Assembly: GCA_000002445.1 (NCBI GenBank)
Contig: CP000068.1
Span: 416,001-480,000, forward strand
From: Trypanosoma brucei
Lineage: Eukaryota
Direction: 5' to 3'
DNA: 64,000 bases
Made by a program: the position numbers and the translations under genes
Shown: one piece after another, positions 31,655 through 41,098 of the stretch
How the letters are laid out: the number at the start of each line of letters is the position of its first letter
Numbering within the stretch: the first letter of the stretch is position 1
The notes under the pieces: generated by a model
Seen by the model: only the letters and a program-made list of their open reading frames with translations
What the model was told of the DNA's origin: nothing
Databases searched by the model: none

Positions 31655-32010
31655 ACGAATCTTAAATTCAATTCCCGCAATTCCTTCACATGCTTTAGTC
31701 CTCTTACCTTCTGTAAGCCGATACATTCACGAATATCAATAACCTCCATCTTTACACATCCACCCACATATACATCTTCCAACGCTTTACACTTTTCAAT
31801 GGACAGTTTGAGATGATTATTTGCTTCACGCACATCAACATTACGCAAGAGCTCACACTCATCAATTCGTATTTCCCTTATACTCTCATGATATCTGAAC
31901 ATACTAAAACTTTTAATACTGCCACAATTACTCACAAGAAAGCTCTTCAAGGCTTTACATTGCCCCAAGCCCTTTAACCTGCCTATACCCTGACAGTGCG
32001 TGGGTTTCAC
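31655..32010 (-). pseudogene. LRRP fragment truncated at both ends (array-terminal partial copy)
   Basis: The ORF 31624..32010 shares the first ~115 aa with the truncated LRRP copies (MKPTHCQGIGRLKGL...). It then diverges into flanking sequence (RFVGLMDLGRLK) at the array boundary ~31655, and has no ATG at its 5' end. Confidence 0.6.
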
Positions 32011-32563
32011 ATTGCCATATACCCAGTTTGTTAGTGATTGTGGGTTTTATTAAATATTGTTACTGACGCCATTGTTTCATGAGCCGTGTCAGGTCCCTGC
32101 AGGTCTCACTAAAATTGCATACGAAATATGCCCATTTACCTCACTATTCCCTTCACGGAATATTTTCTTATTACACCATAAATAGGGGGAAATGCATTCA
32201 TTACTGAATGGCCAGACCACACCTCCACGTCTTTAAACTATTTAGTCAGAAAATTGCACATCTTACAAACACTGTTTCATATGAGGGGAGGAGTGTGCTA
32301 CACATGCGCCTTTACTTCACGCCAGCTTGGGCTGTAGATATGCACATACAACCCATTTTCACATCTCCCGTAATATTTATTACAGAAAAAATAGTTTATT
32401 ATTTTTATTTTAAGGGGAAGGGGGACGGAGGGAGGGAGAAAAATATCATATATAATGGAAGGGAAACCTCTCCCGCAACAGGTGAGAAATTTTTAAATTG
32501 TAACCTCTCCAGAGGTTAGCCCTTCCTAAACTAAGCAAAATAAGCAAGAGATGATAATATCAT

Positions 32564-33868
32564 TCATTCCTTCCTGTAACATGGAGAGGTTGCCCCACCC
32601 TTTTTGTCAGGTGAAGAAACTGCCTCACCTTTCTCATCAATTACATCTTCAGCATTACCTCTTCTTCGTCTCACAAACACAAGCACCACAGCTGTAATAA
32701 TCGCGAGGATAGCGACAGGTATGAGAACAGCCATAAGTATTACCTTGCTTTCCTTGATCTTACTGCTTAGTGCTGATCTATCACTAGTCTCCAGGAGGTC
32801 ACCGAAGTCCGCATCAGCTCCAACGACCTCTGGTTCGGTTCCACTTGTTGTTCCTGTTCCTGTTCCTGTTGATATTGTTGTTGATGTTCCTCCTGTTGTT
32901 TCTGTTGCCCCACCCTCTCCAGTTGAAGTGCCAACCCCTCGGTGTGTGGTCTCGGGAGCGGCACCTCCAGGGTTAGTGAATTTTGCACCCTTTCTGCTTG
33001 CTTCCTTGGCTTCGACCAAAACTTCGCTGAGTGGCTTGCCTGCACTCAGTCCGCTGTGGACAGCACTTGCACCACTATAAAAGCCAGATACATCATCATG
33101 AGTCTTTTTACCTTGTTCGTGTGACTCTTCGAGTTCCTTAAGCTTGTTCGTGGCTGAGTCATAGTCGGCCTTCCAGTTGTTGGTGACTGGCTGTTGGCCT
33201 TTTGGTTTCTTATTTTCCCATTCTTCTAAGGCTTGTTTCATCGTCCCTGAGGATATATCGTCATAAAGTGTTGTTTTGTGACCCGTTGCTTCGCAGTCAA
33301 TGGTATTCCTTCCCGTCCCTGAATAATGGGTTTTGAACGTAATACCTTCACAGCTAGTGGTCTGTGCATTATCTCCCTTCTTCCCGCAGTACCACTCTAA
33401 AAGCTGGTGAAGTCCACTGGAATTTTGGCCGTCATAGTCAAGTTCCCATCCTCGCGCCTTTTTTGCCGCTTCTGTCGCAGCCTGGCAGCGTTTTTTCGCT
33501 TCCTCGCCATACATTTTCGCTGTTGGCAGCTTATTCTTTAATTTATCCTTCGCCTTTTCGTATATGTCCTTCACTTTTTTAGTATCAGCATCCGAAAGCT
33601 TCGAATAGCCATCGTTACTGTGTGCACGGTTTTCCAGTGTTTGTAACCAGTGTTCCAACCTGTCCAGCCAGAGTTGTATATCATCCGCAAAGCCTTGAGT
33701 TTTTTCTCGGATTTTGTCTGCCCTTCTTTTTTCTATAGTTTTAGCAAGATCCGTCAGCTTACATAGCGCCAATGCACCTTCCTTGTTTAGCTTTGTCTCC
33801 CCATTTGCTTCCACCGCTCGTAGCAGTAAACCTGCAAAGGTAACCGCAACCAAGGAACACCTTATCAT
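32564..33868 (-). CDS. ISG64: Invariant surface glycoprotein, ISG65 family (ISG64-like), copy A: type I membrane protein
   Basis: The 434-aa protein has a signal peptide (MIRCSLVAVTFAGLLLRAVEA), a helical ectodomain with conserved Cys, and a Thr/Gly-rich stalk (GTSTGEGGATETTGGTSTTISTGTGTGTTSGTEPE). A single TM (VILMAVLIPVAILAIITAVVLVFV) is followed by a short Lys-containing cytoplasmic tail (RRRRGNAEDVIDEKGEAVSSPDKKGGATSPCYRKE). Three tandem copies interleaved with LRRP match, from memory (no search), the T. brucei chr5 ISG64 cluster. Confidence 0.8.
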   Translation of the reverse strand: MIRCSLVAVTFAGLLLRAVEANGETKLNKEGALALCKLTDLAKTIEKRRADKIREKTQGFADDIQLWLDRLEHWLQTLENRAHSNDGYSKLSDADTKKVKDIYEKAKDKLKNKLPTAKMYGEEAKKRCQAATEAAKKARGWELDYDGQNSSGLHQLLEWYCGKKGDNAQTTSCEGITFKTHYSGTGRNTIDCEATGHKTTLYDDISSGTMKQALEEWENKKPKGQQPVTNNWKADYDSATNKLKELEESHEQGKKTHDDVSGFYSGASAVHSGLSAGKPLSEVLVEAKEASRKGAKFTNPGGAAPETTHRGVGTSTGEGGATETTGGTSTTISTGTGTGTTSGTEPEVVGADADFGDLLETSDRSALSSKIKESKVILMAVLIPVAILAIITAVVLVFVRRRRGNAEDVIDEKGEAVSSPDKKGGATSPCYRKE

Positions 33869-34306
33869 ATTTCCCTTGTATCAAACTTCGCTTCTTTGTA
33901 TATTTCGCAAGCCAGTTCACTCTCCCACATAAATACAATTATGCACAAAAAGAAGCAATACTCATAGAATCATCAGCAAACATTATTGTAACTTTAGCAA
34001 TACAACCGCAGTTATCATCTTTACTTCCACTTCATAATCATATTATCTTACAAAGGCAATCACATCATTCCAACAGTAACAACTTTCCACTCTCAGATAT
34101 CCTGTTGATATCCTTGTCTCCTAGTTTTGCTGAAGGATAAAATAAATATTCTGCCACACCAACTTATAGTTGCTTATGGTTTCTCTTATTTCCAATTCCA
34201 TGGGAGGAGGATACACATATGCATATATCATGTATGAAAGAAGTATTTCCTTTTGATGTGATGATTACTGGGTATGAACAAACAAATAGTAACATTCATA
34301 AATTAG

Positions 34307-34939
34307 CTACCTAACAACTTGGTCATTATGAGTAGAATGGGAGGTGTCATTGTCACCGCTACGTTTCGAATAGTATTCTGTTTCACTGATAACTTCCACC
34401 CTGTAGTTGAATAATTTCAGCCTCTCCTGTGTAACCACACTATCAGAAATCACAATACTCCTCAGCACCCTACAATATCTCAAAAATCTCAAATCCTCCA
34501 GTTTCTCACAACACTTCACATTCAGCTTTTCCAACCTCGTGTCTTCATACCTGTGTATTCCCGTTATCTCTCGCAGGTTTCGACACCCGGATAAATTCAA
34601 TTCCCGCAATTCCTTCACATGCTTTAGTCCTCTTACCTTCTGTAAGCCGATACATTCACGAATCTCAATAACCTCCATCTTTACACATCCACCCACATAT
34701 ACATCTTCCAACGCTTTACACTTTTCAATGATCAGTTTGAGAAGATTATCTGCTTCACGCACATCAACATTACGCAAGAGCTCACACTCATCAATTCGTA
34801 TTTCCCTTATACTCTCATGATATCTGAACATACTAAAACTTTTAATACTGCCACAATTACTCACAAGAAAGCTCTTCAAGGCTTTACATTGCCCCAAGCC
34901 CTTTAACCTGCCTATACCCTGACAGTGCGTGGGTTTCAC
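34307..34939 (-). CDS. Leucine-rich repeat protein (LRRP, ESAG8-related), 5'-truncated copy; possible pseudogene
   Basis: Its 210 codons match the C-terminal 210 aa of the full-length copy at 40190..41098. The ORF-track start is a GTG at the repeat-unit junction. A stop lies 17 codons upstream, and the first in-frame ATG is codon 36. Confidence 0.55.
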   Translation of the reverse strand: MKPTHCQGIGRLKGLGQCKALKSFLVSNCGSIKSFSMFRYHESIREIRIDECELLRNVDVREADNLLKLIIEKCKALEDVYVGGCVKMEVIEIRECIGLQKVRGLKHVKELRELNLSGCRNLREITGIHRYEDTRLEKLNVKCCEKLEDLRFLRYCRVLRSIVISDSVVTQERLKLFNYRVEVISETEYYSKRSGDNDTSHSTHNDQVVR

Positions 34940-35493
34940 ATTGCCATATACCCAGCCTTTTATCGACCATGAGTTTATTAGATATTGTTAACTGACGCCA
35001 TTGCTTCATGAGCCGTGTCAGGTCCCTGCAGGTGTCGCTAAAAATGCATACGAAATATGCCCATATACCTCATTACTCCCTTACCGGAATATTTTTTTAT
35101 TACACCATAAATAGGGGGAAATATATTCATTACTGAATGGCCAGACCACACCTCCACATCTTTAAATTATTTAGTCAGAAAATTGCACATCTTACAAACA
35201 CTGTTTTATATGGGGGGGAGGGGTGTGCTACACATGCGCCTTTACTTCACGCCAGCTTGGGCTGTAGATATGCACACACAACCCATTTTCACATCTCCCG
35301 TAATATTTATTACAGAAAAAATAGTTTATTATTTTTATTTTAAGGGGAAGGGGGACGGAGGGAGGGAGAAAAATATCATATATAATGGAAGGGAAACCTC
35401 TCCCGCAACAGGTGAGAAATTTTTAAATTGTAACCTCTCCAGAGGTTAGCCCTTCCTAAACTAAGCAAAATAAGCAAGAGATGATAATATCAT
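34940..35493 (-). promoter_or_regulatory. Conserved ISG 3' flank / 3'UTR-intergenic segment (repeated at ~32011-32563 and 37879-38432), candidate mRNA-processing and stage-regulation region
   Basis: It is ~550 nt, almost base-for-base identical between repeat units 2 and 3 and highly similar in unit 1. It contains a short inverted repeat (aacctctc cag agaggtt) and poly-purine/pyrimidine tracts. The regulatory role is inferred. Confidence 0.3.
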
Positions 35494-36801
35494 TCATTCC
35501 TTCCTGTAACATGGAGAGGTTGCCCCACCCTTTTTGTCAGGTGAAGAAACTGCCTCACCTTTCTCATCAATTACATCTTCAGCATTACCTCTTCTTCGTC
35601 TCACAAACACAAGCACCACAGCTGTAATAATCGCGAGGATAGCGACAGGTATGAGAACAGCCATAAGTATTACCTTGCTTTCCTTGATCTTACTGCTTAG
35701 TGCTGATCTATCACTAGTCTCCAGGAGGTCACCGAAGTCCGCATCAGCTCCAACGACCTCTGGTTCGGTTCCACTTGTTGTTCCTGTTCCTGTTCCTGTT
35801 GATATTGTTGTTGATGTTCCTCCTGTTGTTTCTGTTGCCCCACCCTCTCCAGTTGAAGTGCCAACCCCTCGGTGTGTGGTCTCGGGAGCGGCACCTCCAG
35901 GGTTAGTGAATTTTGCACCCTTTCTGCTTGCTTCCTTGGCTTCGACCAAAACTTCGCTGAGTGGCTTGCCTGCACTCAATCCACTATGAAGAGCGTACGC
36001 TGCATTATAAAAGCCAGATACATCGTTAACTGTCTTTTTCCCCTTTTCGTGTGACTCTTCGAGTTCCTTAAGCTTGTTCGTGGCTGAGTCATAGTCGGCC
36101 TTCCAGTTGTTGTTGACTGGCTCACCGTCGCTTTTTGGCTTCTTCCTCTCCCAATTCTCTAAGGCCTCTTTCATCGTCCCTGATGTCACATCCAGGTAAA
36201 ACGGCACTGTAGAACCCGTTCCTTTGCAATCAATTGGGTTCCTTTCCCGCCCTAAGTAGTGTTCTTTTACTTTAACACCATCACACTTCTGATTGTTTGC
36301 ATTATCTCCCTTCGTTCCGCAGTACCACTCTAAAAGCTGGTGAAGTCCACTAGAGTTTTGACCCTCATCATCAAGTCCCCATCCTCGCGCCCTCTTTGCT
36401 GCCTCGGTCACCTCCTGATGGCGTTTTCCAGCTTCCTCGCCAAATTCTTTCGCTTTCGGGAGTTGTTCACTCACTTTACCTTTCGCCTTTTCGTATATTT
36501 CCTTCACTTTTTTAGTATCAGCATCCGAAAGCTTCGAATAGCCGTTGTTGCTGTGTGCACGGGTTTCCAGTGTTTGTAACCAGTGTTCCAACCTGTCCAG
36601 CCAGAGTTTCAACTCATCTGCGAAACCTTCAGTGTCCTTTCTGATTTTATCTGCTTTTTTTGTTGCAACAAGATCAGCGACATCCGTCAGCTTACACAGC
36701 GCCAACGCACCATCTTTGGTCAACTTTGCATTCGAGTTCGCTACCACCACTCGTAGCAGTAAACCTGCAAAGGTAATCGCAACCAAGGAATACCTTATCA
36801 T
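35494..36801 (-). CDS. ISG64: Invariant surface glycoprotein, ISG65 family (ISG64-like), copy B
   Basis: The 435-aa protein has the same architecture as copy A. The C-terminal ~150 aa (stalk, TM, tail) are identical to copies A and C, while the ectodomain diverges in a mosaic fashion. Confidence 0.8.
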   Translation of the reverse strand: MIRYSLVAITFAGLLLRVVVANSNAKLTKDGALALCKLTDVADLVATKKADKIRKDTEGFADELKLWLDRLEHWLQTLETRAHSNNGYSKLSDADTKKVKEIYEKAKGKVSEQLPKAKEFGEEAGKRHQEVTEAAKRARGWGLDDEGQNSSGLHQLLEWYCGTKGDNANNQKCDGVKVKEHYLGRERNPIDCKGTGSTVPFYLDVTSGTMKEALENWERKKPKSDGEPVNNNWKADYDSATNKLKELEESHEKGKKTVNDVSGFYNAAYALHSGLSAGKPLSEVLVEAKEASRKGAKFTNPGGAAPETTHRGVGTSTGEGGATETTGGTSTTISTGTGTGTTSGTEPEVVGADADFGDLLETSDRSALSSKIKESKVILMAVLIPVAILAIITAVVLVFVRRRRGNAEDVIDEKGEAVSSPDKKGGATSPCYRKE

Positions 36802-37245
36802 ATTTCCCTTGTATCAAACTTCGCTTCTTTGTGTATTTCGCAAGCCAGTTCACTTTCCCATATAAATGCAATTATGCACACAAAGAAAAACAGGCGATAT
36901 TCATAGAATCATCGGCAAACATTATTGTAGTTTCAGCAATACAACCGCAGTTATCATCTTTACTCCCACTTCATAATCATATTATCTTACAAAGGCAATC
37001 ACATGATTCCAACAGTAATAACTTTCCACTCTCAGATATCCTATTGATATCCTTGTTTTTTAGTTTTGCTGAAGGATAAAATAAATATTCTGCCACACCA
37101 ACTTATAGTTGCTTATGGTTTCTCTTATTTCCAATTCCATGGGAGGTGAGTACACATATGCATATATCATGCATGAAAGAAGTATTTCCTTTTGATGTGA
37201 TGATTACTGGGTATGAACAAACAAATAGTAACATTCATAAATTAG

Positions 37246-37878
37246 CTACCTAACAACTTGTTCATTATGAGTTGAGTGGGAGGTGTCATTGTCACCGCTA
37301 CGTTTTGAATAGTATTCTGTTTCACTGATAACTTCCACCCTGTAGTTGAATAATTTCAGCCTCTCCTGTGTAACCACACTATCAGAAATCACAATACTCC
37401 TCAGCACCCTACAATATCTCAAAAATCTCAAATCCTCCAGTTTCTCACAACACTTCACATTCAGCTTTTCCAACCTCGTGTCTTCATACCTGTGTATTCC
37501 CGTTATCTCTCGCAGGTTTCGACACCCAGATAAATTCAATTCCCGCAATTCCTTCACATGCTTTAGTCCTCTTACCTTCTGTAAGCCGATACATTCACGA
37601 ATCTCAATAACCTCCATCTTTACACATCCACCCACATATACATCTTCCAACGCTTTACACTTTTCAATGATCAGTTTGAGAAGATTATCTGCTTCACGCA
37701 CATCAACATTACGCAAGAGCTCACACTCATCAATTCGTATTTCCCTTATACTCTCATGATATCTGAACATACTAAAACTTTTAATACTGCCACAATTACT
37801 CACAAGAAAGCTCTTCAAGGCTTTACATTGCCCCAAGCCCTTTAACCTGCCTATACCCTGACAGTGCGTGGGTTTCAC
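37246..37878 (-). CDS. Leucine-rich repeat protein (LRRP), 5'-truncated copy; possible pseudogene
   Basis: It is identical to 34307..34939 except one residue (D/E) and has the same junction breakpoint. Confidence 0.55.
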   Translation of the reverse strand: MKPTHCQGIGRLKGLGQCKALKSFLVSNCGSIKSFSMFRYHESIREIRIDECELLRNVDVREADNLLKLIIEKCKALEDVYVGGCVKMEVIEIRECIGLQKVRGLKHVKELRELNLSGCRNLREITGIHRYEDTRLEKLNVKCCEKLEDLRFLRYCRVLRSIVISDSVVTQERLKLFNYRVEVISETEYYSKRSGDNDTSHSTHNEQVVR

Positions 37879-38432
37879 ATTGCCATATACCCAGCCTTTT
37901 ATCGACCATGAGTTTATTAGATATTGTTAACTGACGCCATTGCTTCATGAGCCGTGTCAGGTCCCTGCAGGTGTCGCTAAAAATGCATACGAAATATGCC
38001 CATATACCTCATTACTCCCTTACCGGAATATTTTTTTATTACACCATAAATAGGGGGAAATATATTCATTACTGAATGGCCAGACCACACCTCCACATCT
38101 TTAAATTATTTAGTCAGAAAATTGCACATCTTACAAACACTGTTTTATATGGGGGGGAGGGGTGTGCTACACATGCGCCTTTACTTCACGCCAGCTTGGG
38201 CTGTAGATATGCACATACAACCCATTTTCACATCTCCCGTAATATTTATTACAGAAAAAATAGTTTATTATTTTTATTTTAAGGGGAAGGGGGACGGAGG
38301 GAGGGAGAAAAATATCATATATAATGGAAGGGAAACCTCTCCCGCAACAGGTGAGAAATTTTTAAATTGTAACCTCTCCAGAGGTTAGCCCTTCCTAAAC
38401 TAAGCAAAATAAGCAAGAGATGATAATATCAT

Positions 38433-39737
38433 TCATTCCTTCCTGTAACATGGAGAGGTTGCCCCACCCTTTTTGTCAGGTGAAGAAACTGCCTCACCTT
38501 TCTCATCAATTACATCTTCAGCATTACCTCTTCTTCGTCTCACAAACACAAGCACCACGGCTGTAATAATCGCGAGGATAGCGACAGGTATGAGAACGGC
38601 CATAAGTATTACCTTGCTTTCCTTGATCTTACTGCTCAGTGCTGATCTATCACTAGTCTCCAGGAGGTCACCGAAGTCCGCATCAGCTCCAACGACCTCT
38701 GGTTCGGTTCCACTTGTTGTTCCTGTTCCTGTTCCTGTTGATATTGTTGTTGATGTTCCTCCTGTTGTTTCTGTTGCCCCACTCTCTCCAGTTGAAGTGC
38801 CAATCCCTCGCTGTGTGGTTTCGGGAGCGGCACCTCCAGGGTTAGTGAATTTTGCACCCTTTCTGCTTGCTTCCTTGGCTTCGACCAAAACTTCGCTGAG
38901 TGGCTTGCCTGCACTCAGCCCACTATGGACAGCGTACGCTGCATTGTAAAAGCCAGATACATCATCATGAGTCTTTTTACCTTGTTCGTGTGACTCTTCT
39001 AGTTCTTCCATTTTTTTCACAGCTGAGTCGTAGTCGCTTTTCCATTTCTCGTAGTCAGCACTTATTTTTTTCGGTTTCTTCTTCTCCCAATCCTCTAAGG
39101 CTTGTTTCATCGTCCCTGCGGATACATGTAAGTAAAAGAGAGCCGTATAGCCCGTTGCTTCGCAATCAATGGTATTCCTTCCCGTCCCTGAATAATGGGT
39201 TTTGAACGTAATACCTTCACAGCTAGTGCTCTGTGCATTTTCTCCCCTCTTCCCGCAGTACCACTCTAAAACTAGATGAAGTCCACTGGAATTTTGACCC
39301 TCATCATCAAGTCCCCATCCTCGCGCCCTCTTTGCTGCCTCGGTCACAGCCTGGCAGTGTTTTTTTGCTTCATCGCCCCATTTTTTAGCTTCTGGCAGCT
39401 TCTCCTTTAATTTATCCTTTGCCTTTTCGTATATGTCCTTCACTTTTTTAGTATCAGCATCCGAAAGCTTCGAATAGCCATCGTTACTGTGTGCAGGGTC
39501 TTGTAGCGTCTGTAACCAACTGTCCAAGCTGTCCAACCAGAGCTTCAATCCATGTGCAAAGCCTTCAGTATCCCGTCCAATCTTATCTGCTTTTTTATCT
39601 CCGACAGTTTTAGCAAGATCCGTCAGCTTACATAGCGCCAACGCACCATCTCTGTTCAACTTTGCATTCGAGTTCGCTACCACCACTCGTAGCAGTAAAC
39701 CTGCAAAGGTAACCGCAACCAAGGAATACCTTATCAT
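38433..39737 (-). CDS. ISG64: Invariant surface glycoprotein, ISG65 family (ISG64-like), copy C
   Basis: The 434-aa protein has the same architecture. Its ectodomain is a patchwork of segments shared with copy A (SCEGITFKTHYSGTGRNTIDCEATG) and with copy B (GWGLDDEGQNSSGLH; NAAYA-HSGL). Confidence 0.8.
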   Translation of the reverse strand: MIRYSLVAVTFAGLLLRVVVANSNAKLNRDGALALCKLTDLAKTVGDKKADKIGRDTEGFAHGLKLWLDSLDSWLQTLQDPAHSNDGYSKLSDADTKKVKDIYEKAKDKLKEKLPEAKKWGDEAKKHCQAVTEAAKRARGWGLDDEGQNSSGLHLVLEWYCGKRGENAQSTSCEGITFKTHYSGTGRNTIDCEATGYTALFYLHVSAGTMKQALEDWEKKKPKKISADYEKWKSDYDSAVKKMEELEESHEQGKKTHDDVSGFYNAAYAVHSGLSAGKPLSEVLVEAKEASRKGAKFTNPGGAAPETTQRGIGTSTGESGATETTGGTSTTISTGTGTGTTSGTEPEVVGADADFGDLLETSDRSALSSKIKESKVILMAVLIPVAILAIITAVVLVFVRRRRGNAEDVIDEKGEAVSSPDKKGGATSPCYRKE

Positions 39738-40189
39738 ATTTCCCTTGTATCAAACTTCGCTTTTTTAGTTTATATATATTTTCGCAAGCCAGTTCACTTT
39801 CCCATATAAATGCAATTATGCACACAAAGAAAAACAGGCGATATTCATAGAATCATCGGCAAACATTATTGTAACTTTAGCAATACAACCGCAGTTATCA
39901 TCTTTACTCCCACTTCATAATCATATTATCTTACAAAAGCAATCACATGATTCCAACAGTAATAACTTTCCACTCTCAGATATCCTATTGATATCCTTGT
40001 TTTTTAGTTTTGCTGAAGGATAAAATAAATATTCTGCCACACCAACTTATAGTTGCTTATGGTTTCTCTTATTTCCAATTCCATGGGAGGTGAGTACACA
40101 TATGCATATATCATGTATGAAAAAAGTATTTCCTTTTGATATGATGATTACTGGGTATGAACAAACAAATAGTAACATTCATAAATTAG

Positions 40190-41098
40190 CTACCTAACAA
40201 CTTGTTCATTATGAGTTGAGTGGGAGGTGTCATTGTCACCGCTACGTTTTGAATAGTATTCTGTTTCACTGATAACTTCCACCCTGTAGTTGAATAATTT
40301 CAGCCTCTCCTGTGTAACCACACTATCAGAAATCACAATACTCTTCAGCACCCTACAATATCTCAAAAATCTCAAATCCTCCAGTTTTTCACAACACTTA
40401 ACATTCAGCTTTTCCAACCTCGTGTCTTCATATCTGTGTATTCCCGTTATCTCTCGCAGGTTTCGACACCCGGATAAATTCAATTCCCGCAATTCCTTCA
40501 CATGCTTTAGTCCTCTTACCTTCTGTAAGCCGATACATTCACGAATATCAATAACCTCCATCTTTACACATCCACCCACGTATACATCTTCCAACGCTTT
40601 ACACTTTTCAATGGACAGTTTGAGAAGATTATCTGCTTCACGCACATCAACATTACGCAAGAGCTCACACTCATCAATTCGAATTTCCCTTATACTCTCA
40701 TGATATCTGAACATACTAAAACTTTTAATACTGCCACAATTACTCACAAGAAAGCTCTTCAAGGCTTTACATTGCCCCAAGCCCTTTAACCTGCCTATAC
40801 CCTGACAGTGCTTGAGTTTTACACTTTCTAACGCTTTGCAGTGCTTCAGAGGTTCTAATTCAGAAACTGTGCGACAGTCTGTAACCGTTATTTTCTGTAA
40901 ACCATATAACTGTTCCACTCCTTTAAAGGTTTTGAACTCATCACATTGTTTTATATCCAGGCTTTTGGTGGCGGTGAATTCACGGGAAAGTATCACCAAG
41001 TTTTTTAAACCCCTAAATTTCGCAATCTTTAGAGTTTCTTGGAAATAACTATACGGAACTTCCGTTTCTTCTCTCGCCCTCTTCGCCACAATGTTCAT
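40190..41098 (-). CDS. Leucine-rich repeat protein (LRRP; ESAG8-related LRR family), full-length copy relative to the array fragments
   Basis: The 302-aa protein starts at an ATG (41098, MNIVAKRAR...). It has repeated ~23-24 aa LRR units with conserved C/L/N positions (e.g. LKHCKALESVKLKHCQGIGRLKGLGQCKALKSFLVSNCGSIKS). Its 3' two-thirds are identical to the array copies. Confidence 0.7.
   Translation of the reverse strand: MNIVAKRAREETEVPYSYFQETLKIAKFRGLKNLVILSREFTATKSLDIKQCDEFKTFKGVEQLYGLQKITVTDCRTVSELEPLKHCKALESVKLKHCQGIGRLKGLGQCKALKSFLVSNCGSIKSFSMFRYHESIREIRIDECELLRNVDVREADNLLKLSIEKCKALEDVYVGGCVKMEVIDIRECIGLQKVRGLKHVKELRELNLSGCRNLREITGIHRYEDTRLEKLNVKCCEKLEDLRFLRYCRVLKSIVISDSVVTQERLKLFNYRVEVISETEYYSKRSGDNDTSHSTHNEQVVR

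Larger units (their letters stand above)
31655..40811. repeat. Tandem array of ~3.1 units of a ~2.94 kb repeat (each unit = ISG65-family gene + 5'-truncated LRRP fragment + conserved flanks)
   Basis: ISG stop positions 32564/35494/38433 and LRRP-fragment positions 34307/37246 give period 2930-2939 bp. Units 2 and 3 are near-identical over LRRP fragment plus ISG 3' flank (the ORFs at 34307..34939 and 37246..37878 differ by one residue). Array edges: ~31655 (homology to 34585 begins) and ~40811 (homology to 34930 ends inside the full-length LRRP). Confidence 0.85.

Noticed and set aside
32604-33080. Antisense ORFs inside the ISG genes (32604..33080, 35534..35989, 38473..38949 +; also 32767..33045, 35697..35975, 38636..38914 in another frame)
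   Set aside because: They lie entirely within, and opposite to, well-supported ISG CDSs. Their products are repetitive (S/T/P/V-rich) reverse translations of the T/G-rich stalk region. They are conserved only because the underlying ISG sequence is conserved.
35137-35449. Conserved small ORFs in the ISG 3' flank (32208..32519, 35137..35449, 38076..38388 and overlapping 35183..35449 / 38122..38388)
   Set aside because: They are conserved only as part of the homogenised repeat. They are on the opposite strand to the cluster, with low-complexity products (KGKGDGGREKNIIYNGRE). Two overlapping frames are equally open.
31655-40811. Possibility that the three ISG/LRRP units are an assembly duplication artefact
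   Set aside because: The units differ substantially in the ISG ectodomain region and modestly in 5' flanks, while being identical elsewhere. An assembly artefact would give identical copies.
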